DNA of 43,652 nucleotides from the NCBI GenBank assembly GCA_016782425.1, contig JADHYN010000008.1, positions 1 to 43,652 of the forward strand. The letters are read 5' to 3'. The stretch comes from Candidatus Omnitrophota bacterium. Lineage in GTDB: Bacteria; Omnitrophota; Gorgyraeia; JABMRN01; RBG-13-46-9. Position 1 is the first letter of the stretch. Each line of letters opens with the position of its first letter. A model generated the notes under the pieces. It worked only from the letters and a program-made list of their open reading frames with translations, had not been told where the DNA came from and did not search any database. This document shows, one piece after another, positions 34,758-43,652 of this stretch. The translations under genes and the position numbers were made by a program.

Positions 34758-36065
34758 ATGAAAAATCAAAACTATAAAGAAATAATAAACCTCTCCTGGC
34801 AACGCACTCTCACGGTTCTCTTCAGGCCCTTTCGCCTTAAAAAATGGATGTTTTTAGGACTTATTGTCATATTCGCCGGGCAGCTCGGAGGCTTTAATTT
34901 TAACTTTAATCTTAAAGGCGCCGACAAAATTAACATGCAGTTTAACGCCATCCCGGAGGTGATCAGCCAGAATTTCGCACTGGTATTTCTTATATTGCTG
35001 GCCGCCATAGCTATTCTTGCAATAATACTTTTATGGATCTTCATAAAATCCGTCTTTTCATTCATATTTATCGAATCCCTGAGAAAAGACGAAGCCTCTA
35101 TTCGTATACCTTTTCACAGAAACAAGGCGCTCGGCGCCTCGTACTACCGATTTAGCGTGGGATTTTTCCTGGCGATAGTGTTTTTAATGGGCGCGCTCGC
35201 AGCCGGCGCTTTTTTTACCAAAATATTTTTCCCCTTCATACTGGCAGCTATCATAGCATTTATTTTTATTGTAATTATAAGTGTTTTCGTGGAAGATTTT
35301 CTACTCGTCATAATGTATTCAGAGAACACGGGCATAAAAAGCGCATGGCAAAAATTCCTGCCTCTTTTGGCTCAAAATGCCGGAAGCTTTTTTTCGTATC
35401 TTCTTATCAAGCTCCTGCTCGGAATAGCCGCGCTTATTATAGGTATAGCGCTTACGATTCTCGGCGTTATCGCGCTTATTCTTATAGGCGGCGGAATAGG
35501 CCTTATAGGATTTCTTATTTATTCGATAATTCCGGCCGGTCTTGTTAAGCTTGTAGCTTTGTGGATACTTGTGGTAGTTGCAGTGCCCATTATCTCATTT
35601 CTTGCATTTTTAGCGCGCCTTATAGTTCTTCCGATAGGTGTATTTTTCCGGCTTTTCTCCATATTTTTCCTGGGAAGCGTTAGTCTCGAGTACGACATTT
35701 TTGCCAAAGAGCCGGCGAAAGAGGACCCCCAAAAATATAAAAAATCCATGGCGATAGTATGGCTCGCGATTTTCGCGCCTCTGGTGCCGATCGCTTTAAT
35801 AATAGGCGCTATTTTTCTCGTAGTGCCTGATATGGCGAAGGCGTCTTTAGAAAAGACCGGCCAGCCGAACATACAGAGTGTTATTATGCAAAAAGTTCAG
35901 CCCCTGAAGCAGAATTTAATAGTGGTCCATCTTAAGAACGGCCGCAAAATTGAAGCGAGCCTGGAGAGAGAGGATGCCGAATCCGTTACCCTTAGCGTAA
36001 AAGGCGGCACGTTTACATTTAATAGAAGGGATATAGAGAAAATTGAAAGGACGAAGGGACGATAG
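34758..36065 (+). CDS. Multi-pass membrane protein of unknown function with small C-terminal beta domain
   Basis: About eight hydrophobic helices; C-terminal VHLKNGRKIEA..RRDIEKIE. Confidence 0.8.
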   Translation: MKNQNYKEIINLSWQRTLTVLFRPFRLKKWMFLGLIVIFAGQLGGFNFNFNLKGADKINMQFNAIPEVISQNFALVFLILLAAIAILAIILLWIFIKSVFSFIFIESLRKDEASIRIPFHRNKALGASYYRFSVGFFLAIVFLMGALAAGAFFTKIFFPFILAAIIAFIFIVIISVFVEDFLLVIMYSENTGIKSAWQKFLPLLAQNAGSFFSYLLIKLLLGIAALIIGIALTILGVIALILIGGGIGLIGFLIYSIIPAGLVKLVALWILVVVAVPIISFLAFLARLIVLPIGVFFRLFSIFFLGSVSLEYDIFAKEPAKEDPQKYKKSMAIVWLAIFAPLVPIALIIGAIFLVVPDMAKASLEKTGQPNIQSVIMQKVQPLKQNLIVVHLKNGRKIEASLEREDAESVTLSVKGGTFTFNRRDIEKIERTKGR

Positions 36066-36082
36066 GACGAAAGGACGAAGGG
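36046..36082 (+). repeat. Octamer junction module, copy 3 (4 units)
   Basis: AAAGGACG AAGGGACG ATAGGACG AAAGGACG; supplies the TAG stop at 36063-36065. Confidence 0.88.
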
Positions 36083-36092
36083 AAAAAGAGGG

Positions 36093-37124
36093 ATGAGAAT
36101 AAAAAGGTTGATTGTAAATATTGTTGTTCTTTGTATAAGCTGCGTTATTGCTTTGCTTCTGGTTGAAATAGGATTGAGAATATTTTCCCCTGATAAGGGC
36201 GGTGAGCTGATAGTCATCACCTTTTCTGAGGATTTTGCCAAAAAGGACGAGGCCCTTGGCTTTAAAGGTATTCCTTTTGCGCAAGGAGTAAGCTATAACT
36301 GCGAGACAAAGGTTCGCTATAAGCATAATTCACGGGGCTGGCGCGACACTGAACATGCAGTAGAAAAGACAAGCGGAATTTACAGAGCGCTTATGCTTGG
36401 CGATTCCTTCGTCTGGGGCGTAGGCGTCGGCCAGGAGAATATCCTTACGTACGTTCTGGAGGATATCGGCGATAACTTAGAGGTGATAAACGTTTCGTTT
36501 CCGCGCTGGGCCACGGTGAACGAATACCGGTATTTCGAGACAGAGGGAATTCATTATAAGCCTGACATGCTCCTTGTTATGTTTTTTGTGGGCAATGACC
36601 TTATTGGCAACGGTGCCTACGAAAAAGCAGGCTACGAAGGCTGGGAGCCACCGACAAGCGAAAAAAAAGAATATACCTTTCTTAGTTATAAATACATCCA
36701 GGACCACTCCCGTATTTACCGCAGGTGGAAGCGCAAGCGCCGTGACCTGAAAATGAAATGGGGGCTCAAGCCGATTTTTACTGAATACGATAAGAATTCC
36801 CCGGAATGGAAAGCGACAACCGGATGGATAGACAGGTTCAGGGCCCTCGCTGATAAGGAAGGAGTAAAACTTGTTTTTGTGCTGGCGCCCGAAAAGGAGC
36901 AGTTTTTTATTTCAAAAGGGCGCTATAAACCGCAAGAGATGCTTATAGATTATATGAAAAAGAATGGCGTCGCATATCTTGACCTTTTGCCGGCATTTGA
37001 GAAGAGGTGCGGAAAAAACGGGCAGAACCGGGGTTACTTCAGGTATGACGGGCACTGGAACGAGCTTGGACATCGCGTAGCGGCAGAAGAAATTTATAAA
37101 TTTATAGAAAAGGAGAGGCCATGA
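36093..37124 (+). CDS. Membrane-anchored SGNH/GDSL hydrolase (AlgX/AlgJ-like)
   Basis: LGDSFVWG, GND, DGHWNELGH. Confidence 0.88.
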   Translation: MRIKRLIVNIVVLCISCVIALLLVEIGLRIFSPDKGGELIVITFSEDFAKKDEALGFKGIPFAQGVSYNCETKVRYKHNSRGWRDTEHAVEKTSGIYRALMLGDSFVWGVGVGQENILTYVLEDIGDNLEVINVSFPRWATVNEYRYFETEGIHYKPDMLLVMFFVGNDLIGNGAYEKAGYEGWEPPTSEKKEYTFLSYKYIQDHSRIYRRWKRKRRDLKMKWGLKPIFTEYDKNSPEWKATTGWIDRFRALADKEGVKLVFVLAPEKEQFFISKGRYKPQEMLIDYMKKNGVAYLDLLPAFEKRCGKNGQNRGYFRYDGHWNELGHRVAAEEIYKFIEKERP

Positions 37125-38308
37125 GGCGCATGATACGCTTGCTTATCGTGATATGTATCATACTCGGGTTAGTTCTCGCGGTGGGTGAGATTTACACGCA
37201 AAAAAAATACAAAAGGCCCTATTTAACCGGTTTCATGGAGGCGCACCCTGTTTTCCACCACTTGCCGCAGGCGAATTACCGCGGCGAGATGAAAAGCGAG
37301 GGTGATTTTGATTTTGAGTTCACCACTAATAACAGGGGCATGCGCGGCCCGGGAGATTACGTTTACGAAAAGCCGGAGGGCGTGTTTCGTATCGCGGTTT
37401 TGGGTGATTCCTTCGTATTCGGCGTGGGCGTAGGCGAAGAGAAAACAGCCGTATTTTTACTTGAGGAGCTTTTAAACAAAACGAAACCCGGCGGCGCGAG
37501 CTACGAGGTTCACAACTTTGGCGTCAACAGTTTTTCCCCGGTTCTCGAGTACATATATTTAAAGGAAGAGGTTGTTAAATACAAGCCGGACCTTGTTGTG
37601 CTTATGCTTGACGCCTGCGACATTCAGGATGATTACTTTTACGAACCCCGTCTTGTTTACGACGAAAGCGGAAATATTACCGGGTGTGATCCCCTGAAAA
37701 TAAACGGAAAATCCGACATTTACGCGTTTCTTCTTAAGCATTCAAGCTTTTTGAACACGCTGGACCATAAGCTTATAGAATCATTCAGAAAAATGAAGGC
37801 CATAGGACTTAAAAGGTATTTCTCTAATAAGATCAACGGAATAAGGAACAAGACGGATATTCTTACCGTGAGGGACCGCGATAATATTTATTTTGACCGA
37901 TTTCTCATGTTCCGGGAAGACAAAGACATCGATATCGTTATGAAACACTGGCAGAGAACAGAGCGTTTCCTGATGCTTATAAAAAAGTTTCTCGATAAGC
38001 GTGAGATACCGCTTGTCATGGTGCTGTACCCGTACGGGCATCAGGTTGGCCAGAGGCAGTGGTCGAAGGGGAGATCCTATTGGGCCTTTGACAGAAACCG
38101 GGTGTATTACCCGCACTGGGGATTTTCCGTAATAGAGGAATTTGCCGGGAACAGGGATATAAATGTTATAAACCTCTATGAAAGGTTCAGGGACAGGAAG
38201 CATGAGAAGCTCTATTATAATAACGACGGGCACTGGACCGAAGAGGGGCAGCGCATAGCGGCAGAAGGCATTTTCAATTCCGATATCTTCCAGAAAGCGC
38301 TAAAGTAG
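37121..38308 (+). CDS. Membrane-anchored SGNH/GDSL hydrolase
   Basis: LGDSFVFG, NFGV, DGHWTEEG. Confidence 0.88.
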   Translation: MRRMIRLLIVICIILGLVLAVGEIYTQKKYKRPYLTGFMEAHPVFHHLPQANYRGEMKSEGDFDFEFTTNNRGMRGPGDYVYEKPEGVFRIAVLGDSFVFGVGVGEEKTAVFLLEELLNKTKPGGASYEVHNFGVNSFSPVLEYIYLKEEVVKYKPDLVVLMLDACDIQDDYFYEPRLVYDESGNITGCDPLKINGKSDIYAFLLKHSSFLNTLDHKLIESFRKMKAIGLKRYFSNKINGIRNKTDILTVRDRDNIYFDRFLMFREDKDIDIVMKHWQRTERFLMLIKKFLDKREIPLVMVLYPYGHQVGQRQWSKGRSYWAFDRNRVYYPHWGFSVIEEFAGNRDINVINLYERFRDRKHEKLYYNNDGHWTEEGQRIAAEGIFNSDIFQKALK

Positions 38309-38445
38309 GCTATACTTAAAAGTGATTATGCAGATTGTTTGCTCAAAAAATTGTGCAACAAAGATTACACAGATTTTAGTTAATATCTCTGTAATCTAGG
38401 TTGCGTATTATTATAAGCAAAAAATCCGTGTAATCATAATAAAAA

Positions 38446-39342
38446 ATGAATAAAAAGACTAAAATCCTTGTATGCGATGACGAGAAGAGCATACGCAGCG
38501 TGCTGAAGGTTATTCTCGAGTCCGAAGGGTACGAGGTCATAATCGCCTCGACCGGCAGGGAGGCCGTAGAGATTTTCAAGAAAGACCCACCGTCTCTCAT
38601 TCTCCTGGATGTATCTATGCCCGGGATGACCGGTTTTGAGGTCATGGACAATATAAAGGAATATTTCGGAGAAAACTACATACCTATATTGTTTCTTACA
38701 GCGAGTATAAAAATAGACGATAAGCTCAGGGCCCTTCACCGAGGAGCAGTGGATTACCTGGTAAAGCCGGTGTCGCCAAAAGAGCTTATCCTGCGTATAC
38801 AGAATTTCCTTGAAATAAAGGCAAAACATGATGAGCTTAAAAAAGAAGCCACTTTCGACTGGATGACAGGGGCCCTGAACCGCGCCCACTTCATAAGGCA
38901 GGCTCGCGAAGAGCTCGACAAGGCCCTGAGGAATAACTTTTCGGTAGCTATCATTCTTCTGGATATAGATAATTTTAAAGAGATAAACGACACGAAAGGC
39001 CACGCTGCGGGGGATAGGGTCATAAGGGAGTTCGCTGACAGAATAAAGAAGCTTATTCGGAAAATAGACCTTTTCGGCCGTTTCGGCGGGGACGAATTCA
39101 TAATAATGCTTTCTCACAAGACCGAAGAAGAGGCTAAAAGCGTCTCAGAAAGGCTTCTTAGCATGTTGAGTAAGCCCATTGTCTTTGAAAAGGAGAAGAT
39201 ACGGGCAACCGCTAGCATAGGCATATCGCAAAAAGAGGTTGGAAGCGCTCCATCTGACCTTGAAAAGCTTACCCAGCTTGCTGATCAGGGCCTCTATGCT
39301 GCCAAATCCAAAGGCGGCAATACCTATATTGTTAAATCCTAA
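38446..39342 (+). CDS. REC-GGDEF diguanylate cyclase (WspR/PleD-like)
   Basis: Receiver LLDVSMPG; DWMTGALNR, DIDNFKEINDTKGHAAGD, I-site RKID, intact GGDEF. Confidence 0.95.
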   Translation: MNKKTKILVCDDEKSIRSVLKVILESEGYEVIIASTGREAVEIFKKDPPSLILLDVSMPGMTGFEVMDNIKEYFGENYIPILFLTASIKIDDKLRALHRGAVDYLVKPVSPKELILRIQNFLEIKAKHDELKKEATFDWMTGALNRAHFIRQAREELDKALRNNFSVAIILLDIDNFKEINDTKGHAAGDRVIREFADRIKKLIRKIDLFGRFGGDEFIIMLSHKTEEEAKSVSERLLSMLSKPIVFEKEKIRATASIGISQKEVGSAPSDLEKLTQLADQGLYAAKSKGGNTYIVKS

Positions 39343-39375
39343 CGTATAACTTATCTTGCTAACTCGTCATTCGTC

Positions 39376-39495
39376 AATCGGTTGCGGTTGTGTCGCGAGA
39401 AACGGTTGCGTCTATGGGTTGCGAGGCTAAAACGCACGCAACCGAACGACGATCGACGTTTCGCGAGACGCGACCGATTAACACAACCGCAGCCG
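39376..39495. other. GC-rich self-complementary intergenic element (candidate ncRNA or non-autonomous mobile element)
   Basis: 15-bp stem 39379-39393/39481-39495 enclosing a perfect 9-bp stem 39403-39411/39436-39444. Confidence 0.55.
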
Positions 39496-39528
39496 GGCCT
39501 TATATGGTCTACTTTAAGCCTACCACCC

Positions 39529-39556
39529 TTGACAAATCCGGTTTCCTCATTATACT
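39529..39556 (+). promoter_or_regulatory. Sigma70 promoter of the HTH-KS operon
   Basis: TTGACA-16 nt-TATACT. Confidence 0.65.
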
Positions 39557-39569
39557 TAATAGCACCCCT

Positions 39570-39638
39570 TAGTATTATATATTAACGCGTATTAACGCAT
39601 AGTAATATATATTAAGCTGTATAACCATATATAATTAA
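39570..39638 (+). promoter_or_regulatory. 10-bp phased direct repeats, candidate operator
   Basis: TAGTATT, TATTAAC, TATTAAC, TAGTAAT, TATTAAG at 39570-39610 in 10-bp steps; TAGTAWTATATATTAA twice, 30 bp apart. Confidence 0.55.
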
Positions 39639-39655
39639 AGGAGAGGTGTCTCAAA

Positions 39656-39850
39656 ATGACAAATAGTAATAAGCCAAGTCTCATGACGATCGACGAGGTC
39701 GCGAAGTATCTGCGCCTTAAGAAGGTAACTATTTACAAGCACGTGCAGGACAGGAAGATTCCGGGCTTCAAGGTCGGATCAGCGTGGCGGTTCAAAAAAA
39801 CATCCGTAGATAAGTGGATCACGGACAAAGAACACAAAAATAACAAGTAA
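39656..39850 (+). CDS. Small HTH_17 (excisionase/BldC-like) DNA-binding protein
   Basis: LMTIDEVAKYLRLKKVTIYK..IPGFKVGSAWRF..VDKWI. Confidence 0.92.
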   Translation: MTNSNKPSLMTIDEVAKYLRLKKVTIYKHVQDRKIPGFKVGSAWRFKKTSVDKWITDKEHKNNK

Positions 39851-39886
39851 GCAGGCCGCGATATTTTTTTCAGGACATTTTTAACT

Positions 39887-41125
39887 ATGGAAAAAAGAAT
39901 TGTTATTACAGGAATAGGCGTATTAGCGCCGAACGGGATCGGGAAAAATGCGTTCTGGAAGGCGCTCAAAGAAGGCGTATCCGGAATAAAGCCTGTTACG
40001 CTTTTCAATATGTCTAATTTACGGACAAAATTAGGCGGGGAGATAAGCGATTTGAACCCGGAAGCAATGCTTGGGCCAAAGGGGCTGCGTAATTTAGACA
40101 GGACCACAATTCTTGCACTAGCAGCTTCAAAGCTGGCGTTAGAAGATTCAAAGCTTACATTCCCTATACCTGAAGATGATACTGATAGCTATGGCGTTTC
40201 CCTTGGGTCTACCCTTGGAAGCGTACGCTCAATAAGCGAATTCGACAAAGAGTCACTTCGGGAAGGGCCACGCGCAGTAAATCCGGCACTTTTCCCTAAC
40301 ACGGTTATAAATTCTCCGGCAAGCCATATAGCGATACGATTTAATATACAGGGGTTCAACAGCACCATTGCGACAGGATTCTGCTCGAGCCTGGACGCTA
40401 TTTATTACGCGCTTAACATGATGAAGCTTTATGATTATTCTGTCGTGCTAGCGGGAGGCGTGGAGGAGATGTGCGAGCAGACTTACAAAGGGTTTTATAA
40501 ATTAGGCGAGCTTTCCGGATCGAAGGCGGGAAGAGAAGAAATAAACTGCCCTTATGATAGAAGAAGAAACGGCATCATGTTCGGAGAGGGGGCTTCACTC
40601 ATTATTCTGGAAGAGCTGAATCACGCCAAAGACAGGGGCGCGAAGATTTACGCGGAGATTCTTGGATATGGCACTTCTTTTGACCCTAAAAGCCAAAACA
40701 TTTGTAACCCCAAAGCCGAGGGCGCTACCGAGGCGATGAAGAATTGCATACACGACGCCGGTATGCAGGGCGAAGATATAGATTACATAAGTTCAACCGG
40801 CAATTCTACGCTTGATTGTGATGTCATGGAAACAAGGGCGATAAAAAATGTGTTCAATAAGCGCGCCAAGGAAATTCCGGCAAGCGCCATAAAATCAATG
40901 ATAGGAGACAGTTTTTCAGCAGGCGGGGCGATGAACCTGGCCGCTTCGATTGGCGCGCTTTCCGAGAGCTTCATGCCGCCCACGATAAATTACGAAGAGC
41001 CGGACCGGCGATGCGACCTGGATTACGTGCCGAATGAATCGCGGGAAGCGAAAGTTGATAAAGTTCTTATTAATTCGTTCAGTCCTACGGGGAATAATTC
41101 GAGCCTGATCATCGGAGCGATATAA
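39887..41125 (+). CDS. Ketosynthase homolog lacking the catalytic triad (chain-length-factor-like)
   Basis: KS fold (IVITGIG, FGEGA, PPTIN); TGFCSS, YISSTGNST and KSMIGDS in place of TACA, HGTGT and KSMxGH. Confidence 0.88.
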   Translation: MEKRIVITGIGVLAPNGIGKNAFWKALKEGVSGIKPVTLFNMSNLRTKLGGEISDLNPEAMLGPKGLRNLDRTTILALAASKLALEDSKLTFPIPEDDTDSYGVSLGSTLGSVRSISEFDKESLREGPRAVNPALFPNTVINSPASHIAIRFNIQGFNSTIATGFCSSLDAIYYALNMMKLYDYSVVLAGGVEEMCEQTYKGFYKLGELSGSKAGREEINCPYDRRRNGIMFGEGASLIILEELNHAKDRGAKIYAEILGYGTSFDPKSQNICNPKAEGATEAMKNCIHDAGMQGEDIDYISSTGNSTLDCDVMETRAIKNVFNKRAKEIPASAIKSMIGDSFSAGGAMNLAASIGALSESFMPPTINYEEPDRRCDLDYVPNESREAKVDKVLINSFSPTGNNSSLIIGAI

Positions 41126-41868
41126 TGTTATTAAAGGATAAAGTAGCTATAGTTACAGGCGGATCGCGTGGCATAGGGCGCGCTATTGTAGAGGAATTTG
41201 TGAGGGAAGGCGCTAATGTCGCTTTTAATTTTTTAAAAAGCGAAGAAAAAGCGCTCGAGCTGAAAAAAGAAATTGAGAAAAAAGGGCGTAAGGCCCTTAT
41301 CTTTCGCCAGGATGTCAAAGACTACGAGGCTATAAAAGTAATGGTGGAAGGCATAAGAAGCGAATTCGGGCGACTTGATATTATCGTGAATAATGCAGGG
41401 ATTCTTCGCGATAAAGCCCTGATGCTAATGGAGGAGCAGGACTGGGAGGACGTGATAGCTACCAACCTGTCCGGCGCGTTCAATCTTATACGGGCCTCAA
41501 TAGTTACGTTTATGAAGCAAAAAAGCGGGAACATCATAAACCTGACTTCTGTAGCCGGTATTAAAGGTATGCCGAGGCAGGTCAATTATTCTGCCAGTAA
41601 GGCAGGGATCATAGGCCTTACGAAGTCGCTCGCGCGGGAAGTGGGCTCCTATAATATAAGGGTCAACGCTATCGCGCCGGGTTACATAGATACGGATATG
41701 GTGAAGGATTTGAAAGAGAACTTTAAGAAGGAGATCCTTAAGGCTATTCCCTTGGGGAGATTTGGACGGAGTGAGGAAGTCGCACGCGTCGCGTCATTTC
41801 TCGCTTCGGATCAGGCTAAATACGTCACCGGTCAGGTGATAACCATTGACGGGGGTTTGGCTATGTAA
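41125..41868 (+). CDS. fabG: 3-oxoacyl-ACP reductase
   Basis: TGGSRGIG, NNAG, YSASK, IAPGYIDTDM. Confidence 0.92.
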   Translation: MLLKDKVAIVTGGSRGIGRAIVEEFVREGANVAFNFLKSEEKALELKKEIEKKGRKALIFRQDVKDYEAIKVMVEGIRSEFGRLDIIVNNAGILRDKALMLMEEQDWEDVIATNLSGAFNLIRASIVTFMKQKSGNIINLTSVAGIKGMPRQVNYSASKAGIIGLTKSLAREVGSYNIRVNAIAPGYIDTDMVKDLKENFKKEILKAIPLGRFGRSEEVARVASFLASDQAKYVTGQVITIDGGLAM

Positions 41869-41896
41869 ACGGGGGTGTAATATGCCCGAGGTAATT

Positions 41897-42139
41897 ATGG
41901 AAAATTTAGAAAAAGAACTAAGAAGTATAATAGCGGAGATTACGGAGATAGAGCCGGAAAAGATTACCATGGAGGCGCGCTTTGTGGAGGACCTTGGCAT
42001 GGACTCCATGATGGCTCTCGAAATCCTGGCTTCGATCGAGAAGAAGTATAAGATTCAAATTCCGGAAAGCAAGCTCATGTCTTTGCTTAGTTTGAAAGAC
42101 ACAGTAAATCTGACTACCGAATACCTTAAGCAGGGGTGA
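41897..42139 (+). CDS. Acyl carrier protein
   Basis: FVEDLGMDSMMALE phosphopantetheine site; RBS GAGGT; alternative start at 41882. Confidence 0.92.
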   Translation: MENLEKELRSIIAEITEIEPEKITMEARFVEDLGMDSMMALEILASIEKKYKIQIPESKLMSLLSLKDTVNLTTEYLKQG

Positions 42140-42140
42140 T

Positions 42141-42563
42141 ATGATTACTATAGAAGAAATTAAAAAACTTATTCCGCAGAGATACCCTTTTTTAATGATC
42201 GACAGGGTTATGGAACTCGAAACGGAAAAGTCCATAACAGCGTATAAAAACATATCAGCAAATGAATCGTTTTTTAACGGGCATTTTCCGGATAATCCCA
42301 TTTTCCCCGGAGCGTTCACCGCTGAAGCAATGGCGCAGGCAGCTTGTGTGTTACTCAAGAAAAGCATCCCGGATCTGGAAGCGAAGGCTTTTTATGTAAC
42401 AAATATAAAAATACGGTTTTCAAAAGTCGTAATTCCCGGTGACCAACTAAAAGTAATTATAAAAACAGTCAAGATGACGCGCATGGGCGGCGTATTTGAG
42501 ACAGAAGCAAAAGTTAATAACGATACCGTAGCAAAAGGAGAAATGACCTTTGCGTGTAAATAG
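42141..42563 (+). CDS. fabZ: 3-hydroxyacyl-ACP dehydratase
   Basis: IPQRYPFLMIDRV, FNGHFP..PIFPG..EAMAQ. Confidence 0.9.
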   Translation: MITIEEIKKLIPQRYPFLMIDRVMELETEKSITAYKNISANESFFNGHFPDNPIFPGAFTAEAMAQAACVLLKKSIPDLEAKAFYVTNIKIRFSKVVIPGDQLKVIIKTVKMTRMGGVFETEAKVNNDTVAKGEMTFACK

Positions 42564-43652
42564 AAGAGTCGTGATAACAGGTTTAGGCGCTGTTACGTCC
42601 ATCGGGATAGGAAAGGATGATTTCTGGAAGAACCTTATTTCCGGCACATCCGGTATAAGCGAGATAGAACGGTTTGATACCTCAAAATTTGGTATTAAAC
42701 GCGGTGGAGAAGTAAAAAATTTCAAACCGGAAAACTTTATGTCTAAATCGACTGCAAAAAAAATAGGCCGTGGTTCACAACTGGCAATAGCGGCTACAAA
42801 ACTTGCCCTTGAAGACGCGGATATCAATTTAAAAAAACATAAAGCAAAAGATCTGGGTATTATCATAGGAAGCACAATGGGCGAGTCGCCTTATATAGAA
42901 CTTATTGACAGATTTTGGATACAAAAAGGTGAAGAGGGAGTTTATTCTTCCAACGTAGCCAAATTTCCGGTTAATAATCTTTCAGATAACGTAGGGTATT
43001 GCTTTGGCATAACAGGTGATAATTGCGTGATACCTACAGCTTGCGCGGCCGGCAATTATTCTATAGGATTTGCCTTTGACCTTATACGCACCGGCAGGCG
43101 TGAAATGATGCTTGCAGGTGGTGCTGATCCTCTTTCCAGGCTTGCCTTTACCGGTTTTCAGAGGCTCTTTGCCATGGCGCCTGAAAAATGCCAGCCATTT
43201 GATAAGAATAGAAAAGGAATGATAGTCGGCGAAGGCGCTGCTATTCTGGTTCTCGAGCCGATAGAGGATGCACTTAAGAGAAAAGCCTTTATATATGCTG
43301 AAATTTTAGGCTATGGTTTAAGCTGTGACGCGTTCAACATGACGATACCCAGCAAAAAAGGAATAAGAAAAGTTATAGAAAAGGGTTTAAAAAATAGCAG
43401 TGTAAAAAAAGAAGAGGTGGATTACATATCTGCCCATGGGACCGGAACCGGGCCGAACGATAAAACAGAGACAGCATCCATAAAAGACGTATTCGGAACT
43501 CTTGCCGGAAGCATACCTATAAGCTCGATAAAGTCAATGCTGGGGCACACTATGGGAACAGCAAGTGCGCTGGAGGCAATAACCTGTTCTCTGGTTATTT
43601 CCAATAGCGTTATTCCCCCCACCATGAATTATGAAACGCCTGATCCGGAATG
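42550..43652 (+). CDS. Beta-ketoacyl-ACP synthase (FabF-like, intact triad), truncated by the window end
   Basis: Hand-translated in part from TTG 42550 (RBS AAGGAG): RRVVITGLG, PTACAAGN, YISAHGTGT, KSMLGHT, IPPTMNY; absent from the ORF track, presumably because no stop lies in the window. Confidence 0.92.
   Translation, partial: MRVNRRVVITGLGAVTSIGIGKDDFWKNLISGTSGISEIERFDTSKFGIKRGGEVKNFKPENFMSKSTAKKIGRGSQLAIAATKLALEDADINLKKHKAKDLGIIIGSTMGESPYIELIDRFWIQKGEEGVYSSNVAKFPVNNLSDNVGYCFGITGDNCVIPTACAAGNYSIGFAFDLIRTGRREMMLAGGADPLSRLAFTGFQRLFAMAPEKCQPFDKNRKGMIVGEGAAILVLEPIEDALKRKAFIYAEILGYGLSCDAFNMTIPSKKGIRKVIEKGLKNSSVKKEEVDYISAHGTGTGPNDKTETASIKDVFGTLAGSIPISSIKSMLGHTMGTASALEAITCSLVISNSVIPPTMNYETPDPE

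Noticed and set aside
39335-39520. Integron attC site (gene ends in CCTAAC, followed by a long hairpin)
   Set aside because: No matching downstream GTTAGG-type core site and no integrase in the window
39382-39585. Two short + strand ORFs over the structured element
   Set aside because: No RBS, odd composition, and they run across the predicted promoter; the pairing pattern explains the sequence better
39656-39850. Prophage or ICE excisionase
   Set aside because: No integrase, att site or phage genes; the gene heads a biosynthetic operon

Overview
Gene-dense bacterial chromosomal window, almost all on the + strand, from a diderm organism (it encodes an LpxL-type acyltransferase and an outer-membrane barrel). 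Gene style suggests an uncultured PVC-group lineage such as Omnitrophota, but this is inference only. 1-8.7 kb is an AT-rich signalling locus: a 7TM-GAF histidine kinase, five stand-alone receiver proteins, a candidate stand-alone DHp-like protein, an XRE-cupin regulator divergent from three small unknown genes, a promoter-leader-terminator-RBS-short ORF unit, a REP-associated tyrosine transposase (RAYT) element and a PilZ protein. 8.9-39.3 kb is a mosaic of envelope, metabolic and housekeeping genes (lpxL-like, nitroreductase, nnrE, yjbQ, CapA-like, M28 peptidase, acyl-CoA ligase, CPA2 antiporter, TPR proteins, TatD, rlmN, NSS transporter with small subunit, GH1, ThiF, two SGNH hydrolases, REC-GGDEF). 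Several gene junctions here are built from three families of short tandem repeats (7-, 8- and 10-mers), two of them associated with small palindromic elements. From 39.4 kb to the end: a ~120-nt highly self-complementary element, a promoter followed by 10-bp phased repeats, and an HTH_17 gene heading a type II FAS/PKS-like operon with a catalytically dead KS (chain-length-factor-like), KR, ACP, DH and an intact KS cut by the window end. No rRNA, tRNA or CRISPR array was seen. All family calls come from motif recognition, not database searches.
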